A stretch of 64,000 nt of DNA from NCBI GenBank assembly GCA_951804945.1, contig OX638160.1, forward strand, positions 21,080,001-21,144,000, in the 5' to 3' direction. Positions 55,159-64,000 of the stretch are shown here, piece by piece; the stretch's first letter is position 1; every line of letters begins with the position of its first letter. The position numbers were made by a program, and so were the translations under genes. Under the pieces are notes generated by a model. That model was not told where the DNA came from, searched no databases, and worked only from the letters and a program-made list of their open reading frames with translations. This stretch comes from Podarcis cretensis. Lineage: Eukaryota.

Positions 55159-58087
55159 GTAAGTTTTAATTATTTGAATTAGGAACCTAGGTTGTTTAAA
55201 TAAAGACTAAACTGTTTTGTTTCATGTTATCTTTTTGAACTTTAAAAATCATATGCCAAAGCAACCTGAAATGCTCAAAAGTCTCAGGAGGCTCATGTGG
55301 AAGCAGATGTTTCCTGAGGTCCATATATTCAAGTATATTTATAAGGAACCACAAGGGCAGGCAGGTACTGTACAAAGATAAAAATGTACATTAGTTGCTC
55401 TTTTGCCTCTGGCCTCATCCACCACTGGCATGTAAACCTCAGAAAGCTGATAGCTGAAAGATTCAGAGGTGCCCCAGCACAATGGCAGCTAGAGCATGTG
55501 TCTATATGCATATCTGAGAACAGTAAGCATCCAGCATAAAAGTCTCATGGACTTGTTTCATGTCGACCTAGCCATATTGGCCAGATTGCATGAATATTCA
55601 TCATATTTATCCTGGGCCTGAAAGCAAGAAGGATATGAGAAGGCTCTCCAGTATGTGAGGCCCAGAAGCAGAGAGAGTGAACTTCTGTCTTTACAGCTTC
55701 CATCATTCTTTTTCCTGGCCTGACAGCCTGTGCATTCACCTGCTGAAAAGATGATTTTCATCCCTTTTCAGTCACATACATTGTTTTCCCACATGGAAAA
55801 GGAGTACCTGGATGTTTAGCTTGTAGCCTTTCTGTAAAGTTTCTCTCCCTATCATGCAGATGTAATGTGTTTCAGTTCTTAGTTAAGGATTGTGATCTCC
55901 TCTTTGCCAAACACTTAAAACTTGACTCAGAATCTTGCCCGGTTGGGTGAATTACACTGCAGAGGGGAAGGCGTTATAAGCTTTATTCGGCTTTATTTTA
56001 CCTGTCTCAAAAAGACAACATAAGACGAAGCCTCCTGATTCAGGCCAAGGCTCACCTAGTCTAGCATCTTGTTCTCACAGTGGCCAACCACATACCTATA
56101 GGAAGCCCACAAGCAGGACATGAGTGCAATAGCACTCTCCCAAGTTGTAATTCCTGCCAACTGGTATTCAGGTCATAGTCAACAAATAGTCAACTTGTAT
56201 TCATAGTCAACAAATGCCTTGAGATGGTTCACAAGACATTTATTTAGCTAGCTAGCTAGCTAGCTCGCTCCCCTTTTCCTGTGCTCTTAAATCTCATCAC
56301 ACTGTAGGGATAGCTAATCACAAGCAGATCTGCAGTCATGGTGCAAGACTCTATTATTATTATTATTATTAAGTGTTTGACACATAGCCACAGCAGATTT
56401 CATCAGTTTTGCTTCCGTTTGCTTTAGAGTGCCATTCTATTTGACTCCAGGGTAAACCTGTCAGAGTTTTATTATTTGCCAGTAGCCAATAAAAAAATAC
56501 CCACTATTGCATCAATTATGAAGCTAAGGAACATAACTATGAAGCAATCAATATACCAAACACTGTTTGCTAATGTGTTACATAAACAAGCTACCCTTTA
56601 TTTGCAAACAGATTCCTAGTCTTCCTTAACTGTGTTTTATCAAAAATAAGTGGGGCCAATGTGGACTAGTAGCTGACTATAGTTGCAGGGTAGCCCAATC
56701 AAGTGTTCTGTTCTGTTCTGTTCTTGTGTTGGGTGATTCCTATATTACCTCAGCAGTTAATTCCATCATATGCTCAGGACTGGTCACTTGCAGAAACTTA
56801 AAATATGGTCCAGAACATAAAATAGGATGGGGTTATGGTCTGTGAATCTAGTCAGCAATCTCAATACTTGATAACCAATTTAGAGATCTTACAAAAGCCT
56901 TTTAGAAATATTTTCCAATATACTCCATTTACAATCCAACAATTGTAAATTGTTCTTGTACTTGTTGCACTACATTTTAGTTTCTTTTGCAGTAGTGTAT
57001 AGGCCAATGTTTCATTAGCAGAATTTCTTCCATTATAAAAAGTTGCAGACCAGAAGAAATATGACCCTCTATCAGGGACTGTTATGAACTGTAGAACTGC
57101 TGTTTTTATATAGCTCATATCCAAGGGAACACTTAAAATCAGTTTTTAATAAACAGCTTTGTCATTCTCTAACGCACAAGTTCAGGCACCTACTACTGTG
57201 AGCGAGAGATTGTGGGTTCTACACAGCAAGTAATAACATGCTTGAGTTGATTTTACACCTATATCAACAGAGTTCTGTGAAATGGGTGATAAGTAGACTT
57301 TTTATAACAAATCACATATGCTGGCTCTGAGGGATATCTAGAAATTTCGTTTTATTTTGGTGGTACTAAATCAAGTGAAGAAAGTGTGCTTTTACAGTAA
57401 CAAAAGCAGCTCACAAATTTATTGCAGACTTCAGTAATTTTGATGTTTTTCTCTTGGTATTAGAAGCAGCATAAGTCTGGCCAATATCATAAAAATGTCT
57501 TGGGTAAAATGTGGAAAAACTGGCACTGTTAATATAGGTACAGTAGAAATGATCAGATTTAAAAGCTTTGGACATGTTAGTAGTTGCATCCAATACGATG
57601 TGTGAAATACAATTTTGATGTTAGTGCCAGGAAATACAAGGACAAATAATTAAATTTTCACATAATTGGTTGTGGCAAAAATGTTCAGCTATAGTAACTG
57701 AAAACACAATTTATTATTGGAGTCTATTTAAAAAATAATTGGCTGCCAAGTAGATGTTTCACTTAAACTTACTTTAAATAAATGAATTCTAATTCACAGA
57801 ATATAAACTCGATGTAGAGTTTAGACTATCACTGGGATGCGATTCTCCTTTCTATCTAATCCCAGCTCCTGCACATTTGCTGCCATCTGCCTTTTTTCTC
57901 TCTCTTCTACCTAACAGGCCCAGATGGAGGCTCTAACCAGTTTTGGTTCACCCCAATAGATAATTTGGATAGTGAATGCTTATTTAGCTGCATTCTGGTC
58001 CCTAAAATAAAGTAGCCATTGTTTTTAGGTAAGTGGGCCCTGAGCTATGGGGTGGTATGTTAACCCACTGGAGAAAGCACAAGTCTT

Positions 58088-58220
58088 GAGCTTGAGACTC
58101 TAAATCTCAAGGTTGTGGGTTTGAGCCCCATGTTGGACAAAAGATTCCTGCATTGCCGGGGGTTGGGCTAGGTGACCCTAGTGGTCCCTTCCAACTCTAG
58201 AAGTCTGTGATTCTATGATT
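58088..58220 (+). mobile_element. tRNA-Lys-derived SINE with CR1-like 3' tail
   Basis: GAGCTTGAGACTCTAAATCTCAAGGTTGTGGGTTTGAGCCCCA...GGTCCCTTCCAACTCT...GATTCTATGATT. Confidence 0.75.
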
Positions 58221-58953
58221 GATTAACTGTTAGAAGTATTGATATTCAGAAGGGCATTGGAACTGATCGGCTGACAAAATAAAGGTAATGCTAGCCGGAA
58301 TGGTGCTTTGTCTAAGAGACAAGCAGGACTCCAAATGCTGCAGGTCTGAATTTAACAATACTGTACATATCCTGACTGACACTTGCTCCAGCACATAATG
58401 ATGAGCTGTGATCTCCCCTCCTCATTGCAGGGAATCAGGGAATCAGAAAGAGTATGGTGGCAGATTAGGCAGAATATGGATCACCAGCATTGGATTTACA
58501 GCAAGAGGGTTCCCCCCAGCTTGCAAACATCTTGCTTTAGTTGCAACTTGGATATAAACCATAAAATGATATCTCCTCAACAAGTATGGAACAAAAGGGG
58601 CAAAAGTAATTATTTAAACCTAGTAATGGTGTTTGTGGTAGGCAGCTGGAGATTTTTAATACACAAGTGGGATACACAGGGAAGGCTGAAATTAAGCCCT
58701 TAACACTCATTTCCTTTCTGGGAAATGTGTCGATTGATACTTCAGTGCAAAGGGTTTAATCTTGGCATGTTAGGAAAGATGACCAGTTTGTACAAGAAAA
58801 GCATCCATTTGGGTAAAACATTCTGCAGAATGTCAGGAAAAAAGCAGATGAATTTATTTGGGTTACAGATAGGTAGCCGTGTTGGTCTGCCATAGTCAAA
58901 ACAAAAAAAATTCCTTCCAGTAGCACCTTAAAGACCAACTAAGTTAGTTCTTG

Positions 58954-58991
58954 GTATGAGCTTTCGTGTGCATGCACACTTCTTCAGATAC
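58954..58991 (-). ncRNA. Minimal type I hammerhead ribozyme (copy in the inverted pLTR)
   Basis: Exact reverse complement of 60621-60658. Confidence 0.8.
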
Positions 58992-59114
58992 ACTGAAACA
59001 GAAGTTTCCAGACCCTTCTATATAGTGAGAAGGTGGGGAGGGGTATTACTCAGAAGGGTGGTGGGAATGGGTGATTGGCAGATAGCTGTGATGAGCCTGT
59101 TGACGACTCTTAAC

Positions 59115-60440
59115 GACGATGGTTTACAAGCTATAAAGAACACCATTTCAGATAAAACCACAGCGGACTTTGCCACCAAACTCTGCCAATTTGTTCTTAC
59201 CCACAACAACTTCAAATTCGGTGATGACCTGTTCCTTCAGATCAGCGGCACAGCTATGGGCACCCGCATGGCCCCACAGTATGCCAACATCTTCATGGCA
59301 GATTTAGAACAACGTTTCCTAAACTCCTACCCACTCAAACCTCTCTTGTACCTGTGATACATTGACGATATTTTTATCATCTGGACACATGGTCAACAGA
59401 CCCTGGACACCTTCCACCAGAAATTCAATGATTTTCACCCCACAATCAACCTAACAATGAATCAATCTATGCAAGAAATACATTTTTTGGACACTACTAT
59501 AAAAATACAGGATGGGCACATAGACACCACCTTATACCGTAAACCAACTGACCGACAAACATATCTACATGCCTCTAGCTACCATCCCAAACATACCAAA
59601 CAGTCCATTGTATATAGCCAGGCACTACGTTACAGCCGCATCTGTTCCAATTCTACAGACAGAGACTCTCACCTAAGAGATCTACAGCAAACCTTTTTAG
59701 AACTAAAATACCCAGCAGATGAAGTTAGACAACAGATCAACAGAGCCAGACTGATACCCAGAGAGAAGTTGCTGCAAGACAGACCCAAAAAAGAAAATAA
59801 CAGAACACCTCTAGTCATCACATACAGCTCCCAAGTTAAAACAGTACAACGCATCATCAGAGATCTACAACCTCTCCTGGACAATGACAGTTCTCTTTCT
59901 CAAGCTCTGGGAGGAAGACCTTTCATTGCCTACAGACAGCCACCCAATCTTAAACAACTCCTAACCCACAATAATACTACAACCAGACCTAACACGGACA
60001 CTGGCACCAGAGCCTGCAATAAACCCAGATGCCAACTTTGCTGCCACATACACCCGGACAACACCATTACTGGCCCCAACAACATCACACATACCATCTC
60101 GGGACTATTTAATTGCTCATCGTCTAACATTGTGTATGCAATCAAATGCCAACAGTGTCCTTCAGCTCTCTATATTGGACAAACAGGCCAGACCTTACGC
60201 CAAAGAATAAACGGACATAAATCAGACATCAGGAATCACAAGACAGAGAAACCAGTAGGAGAACACTTCAATCTCCCAGGACATTCTATACAAGATCTCA
60301 AAGTAGCTGTTTTACTACAAAGGAATTTCAGAAATAGACTGGAAAGAGAAGCTGCTGAATTGCAACTTATCACCAAACTTAAAAGCATGGAGAGTCCTGG
60401 TCTGAACAAAGACCTTGGATTCTTATCTCATTATACATGA
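59115..60440 (+). pseudogene. PLE ORF remnant: C-terminal RT + Cys-rich linker + GIY-YIG endonuclease, with one premature stop
   Basis: Single frame: QISGTAMGTRMAPQYANIFM, YL*YIDDIF (TGA at 59355-59357), LDTTI..TTLYRKPTD, CNKPRCQLC, VYAIKC..C..LYIGQT...R..GH, R...E...I..L......GLN. Confidence 0.93.
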
Positions 60441-60620
60441 CAAAGCCATTTTTCACCTTCTCACCCCTTGCTTTTTCCTGTAAGACCTATTGCAGTCGTT
60501 AAGAGTCGTCAACAGGCTCATCACAGCTATCTGCCAATCACCCATTCCCACCACCCTTCTGAGTAATACCCCTCCCCACCTTCTCACTATATAGAAGGGT
60601 CTGGAAACTTCTGTTTCAGT

Positions 60621-60658
60621 GTATCTGAAGAAGTGTGCATGCACACGAAAGCTCATAC
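60621..60658 (+). ncRNA. Minimal type I hammerhead ribozyme in the PLE terminal repeat
   Basis: GTAT-CTGAAGA-A-GTGTGCATGCACAC-GAAA-GC-TC-ATAC. It has the CUGANGA and GAAA cores, stem I GTAT/ATAC, a palindromic stem II and a vestigial stem III with the AGCT palindrome. Predicted cleavage is after C60654. Confidence 0.82.
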
Positions 60659-62595
60659 CAAGAACTAACTTAGTTGGTCTTTAAGGTGCTACTGGAAGGG
60701 ATTTTTTTTGTTTTGAATTTATTTGGGTTATTTTAAATTCTAATATCATAGTCCTGTGATCCCTGTATGTCATTTTATCCTTAGGTAAGGGAGAAGTAGG
60801 AAATTGTGTAGAATACCTTAATAGAGGATCTTGATTCAGAGTAGTGGCGGGAGGAGTCTGAAGTGGACCTTTACATGAAAAGTTAAAATGATTGAACCAA
60901 CTAGTTGTTTAAATATTATGGCTTGGGTCCTAATTTTGGGGTCTGCGAATGGAAGGAGAGTTGGAATCATGGGAGCGGTTCTTCTGTATGCTCAACTCTT
61001 TCTGTGAAGCAAAAAGTGAAGCAAAAAAGTTTGGATCCAAGCCAATAAATTTTCCTGAGTTTTATTTCAGATACAGCTGTTCAAACCAAAAATAAAATTA
61101 GATGAAGTAAGCTGTTACAGATGCCTTGCCATGGTTGCTGATCATCTAGATACTCAAAGCACTGAAGACCGTTCATATAGCATTGATTCAGTTAAAATTT
61201 CCAAAATGGTTGGATTTCAAGGCAAAACAATACAGCAGAGCAACAAAACAATACAACAATCATTTTCAAACACCTTGAATGTTTCACAAACCTTGTGAGG
61301 AAGACCATGAATAAGTGGAAATCAAATATGTTTTCATAGCTGTGCAGAGCTTTGATACTACCTTTATAGAAGGCTTTATTCCTAGTGCTCATGAAAAACC
61401 AGTTTTCAACCTACCAGTAACCATTCCGTTTCCATAGAGATAAGATTGTAATTTACTTTCATATAAGTCACTGTTGTCTGGAGATGCATAATTGTAAGAA
61501 TGGTAATACAAGAACAAAAATCTAATGCTGATAGTTTCACAGTCATTTTTAATTTTCAGACTGCGCCAACAAATTTTGTTTACATTTTAGACATTCATCT
61601 GCAGTAATAAATTATAGTTCATGCAAAGCAAAGATGAAACTTGCCATGCCATTTCTTGCTTAAGTGCACATGGTGTAAATTCAGCAACAGCTTGGCTTTT
61701 CTGGAGAATCTATAGTTTGGAAATAATGAAAAGTATTTGGCCTTCATTAGTACTTCTTTACTGCGCATATGGGTTGGGGTGCAACTAGTCAAATCTGAAT
61801 ATTTAATAACTGTGATGGGTCTGAATATATTAAACTTCAGAAAATTTATAAATGGCTCACACCCTGACCTGGCCCCTTCTATATCAAATTATATGATCTG
61901 GAGCTGAGAAGAGAAACGCTAATCACTTAAGTGTCTCTTTCAGCTTTTCCATCTATGCAGAAGATGGGCTGAACATAATACACCAGGCTCCCTCAACCTT
62001 GGTCCTCCAGATGTTTTTGGCCTACAACTCCCATGATCACTAGCTAGCAGGACCCAGTGGTCAGGGGTGATGGGAATTGATGAGGAAGCCTGAAATACAC
62101 CTTTCAATTTTGTGTGTCTTGTCTTGAGAAAGCTAAGAAGATGAAACAAAGTCACATGAAATTGCTGCCTGTATTCAAAGTACAGTGGATCCTAAATATG
62201 TTGGTGGGAAGATGGATATCCAGTCATGATTCTTGGGTATCTCCAATAATCTCTGCTCTGTCAGATTCATATTTTTGTATATTTAGTAACTCTGTGTGTA
62301 TATCATTCTTTGACAAAACTGGCAGCGGGTTGTTCATTTTCCAGGTAATGTAGAACTGCAGTTCCTGAAGCCCACAGGTCACAAGAATGAACAACCTGCT
62401 GCCTATTTTGCCAGATAATGATATACACAGAGAGTTACTTGATGTAAGGACAATCTCTTTATCTCTGCCTAGAGAATGCGGATGGTGCTGAAGTTACACA
62501 TCTTGTTCTGGCCTTGTGTCTTTTAAATTTCACATCATAACGTGTTGCATGATTGAAATAGTAATCAAAGAATAATTGATTACAATGCATTTTAA

Positions 62596-62688
<93 letters not shown>

Positions 62689-63929
62689 TGACAATCAGTT
62701 CTGTATAAAATTCAGTTTTACTTAATCTGGCATAAGGTGAACATGTTTGAACATATAGGGTATGCCTTTTAGGAGTGCTCACCTTGAATAAGAATGTAAA
62801 GGCTGTGCTTTTTTCTTGCTGTCACTAAACACTTTAGAACATAAAAGCTCTCAGTTAAAATCTCTGTGAGAGATGGGCTAGGTACTCTTCCAACATTGTG
62901 GAGCTTTGTGCAACCTGTAGAAGTTGTGCCACAAATGGCACAGAGAGTAGGGATTTGTGGCCCTACTGGACAGAATTGGAGTGCCCAGGGGCCTGTTACG
63001 CCATAGTCGGGTTTGCACTCCCATCTGCACCTTTAATGCTGACTTGGTGCTTCCACATCCCTTCCCAACTTGCTAGAGTAGAGGCAAAACCATTCCAAGG
63101 GATGACTAGAACTGATCCATATTTGATATCCTTGCTGTGTTAACAAATTTGAGCAAGCCACCCATTTGCTGAGTGTTGGTGCAGCTGACTGACAGGAATG
63201 AGTACTTTAATTATTTTAGAGGTAGGGAGGGAGCATGCAGGCTTAAGGCTCAAAACAAACCTTGTTGCATCTGAGCAAGGCCTGAATCTGCTCTAACTGT
63301 TGAGAAAATAAAAAATAAAGTTATCTATAGCGACAAATGAAACACTGAATTCAGTAGCACAGGAAGTAAATAAGGAACTATTGAAGCAGGGATTAAAGCA
63401 CTTTTTTTCAATATAACTTGAAAGCTTATTGAAACTCTCACAAAATTTTATGAATGAAATGTGTGTGGTACAGCACATGTGTAATACCAATGCTTTAATG
63501 TGACTGTTTTTATTTGGTATATTGCTCAGATGTTACAAAAAAGAATAAGCAGTATTGGCACAAAGTTTTGCAAGCGTTCTAATTTTTAGGATGTAGTTTT
63601 TTCATGAATTGCAACAAAGATATCAACTGGAAGGATGTCCAAAAACTGAATTAATTCCGTGCCATGAGATCAATAATGGTTCTTGGACACACATGCTTTC
63701 TCATATGTCCTTCTGAATATTGAAACCACTAGAGAAAGGAGATTTGATATCCTGGGTTGCTTTCAAAAACTCTGGGAACACTTCTGTATGTTATGAAGGG
63801 AACACGAATGAGGAGAGAATGCATGGAACCTAAGCCAATTCCTGATCTTCATCAGAGGAGGGAGGAGCTTTTGTGTTATATTCCCCCCTCCACTCTCATT
63901 GCAACAATGTCTTAGTAATTAACATCAAG

Positions 63930-64000
63930 CTGATAGCATGAGACTCTTAATCTCAGGGTCATGGGTTTGAGTTCCATGTTGTGCAAAAGATTCTTGTATT
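63930..64000 (+). mobile_element. tRNA-Lys-derived SINE, 5' part (cut by the window end)
   Basis: AGCATGAGACTCTTAATCTCAGGGTCATGGGTTTGAGTTCCATGTTG..CAAAAGATTC. Same family as 58088. Confidence 0.7.

Larger units (their letters stand above)
58866..60713 (+). mobile_element. Penelope-like retroelement (Neptune-type), 5'-truncated, with inverted terminal repeats
   Basis: RT and GIY-YIG coding region. 17-bp TSD TGAATTTATTTGGGTTA (58849-58865, 60714-60730). 222-bp inverted repeat 58896-59117 / 60495-60716. Confidence 0.95.

Noticed and set aside
58956-59114. N-terminal part of the 133-aa ORF (and the 67-aa minus ORF at 60453-60656) as a real protein
   Set aside because: It is the antisense reading of the non-coding terminal repeat, fused by chance in frame to the truncated RT.
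59355-59357. In-frame TGA in the PLE ORF as selenocysteine or programmed readthrough
   Set aside because: It occupies the conserved Arg of the RY(I/V)DD motif and is explained by a single CGA>TGA change. No SECIS-like element was recognised.
63930-64000. tRNA-Lys gene (also at 58088 and about 37745-37796)
   Set aside because: The stems and B box are degenerate, and the sequence continues into a shared SINE body with a CR1-like tail, so these are SINE heads rather than tRNA genes.

Overview
Vertebrate (squamate, most likely lacertid lizard) genomic DNA lying entirely within the + strand MAGUK p55-subfamily gene MPP7. Twelve coding exons with canonical GT-AG boundaries and consistent phases are readable (15605-62683, 1204 coding nt, MPALSTGSGGDTG...QHYGVTVP). 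They cover L27N, L27C, PDZ, SH3, HOOK and the start of the GUK domain; the rest of the gene lies beyond the window. The introns carry four young Sauria-SINE copies, other tRNA-derived SINEs, Tc1/mariner- and hAT-type MITEs, RTE/CR1/L2 remnants and two assembly gaps. Two observations stand out. (1) There is a hidden cluster of three frame-preserving micro/mini-exons (21, 12 and 42 nt) in the HOOK-region intron, where the first acts as an obligatory gatekeeper because skipping it creates a TAG stop at the splice junction. (2) There is a near-intact Penelope-like retroelement (RT + GIY-YIG, Neptune-type linker) with a 17-bp TSD and 222-bp inverted terminal repeats, each containing a minimal hammerhead ribozyme. 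Most of the short six-frame ORFs are noise. All comparisons with known families are from recall; no database searches were run.
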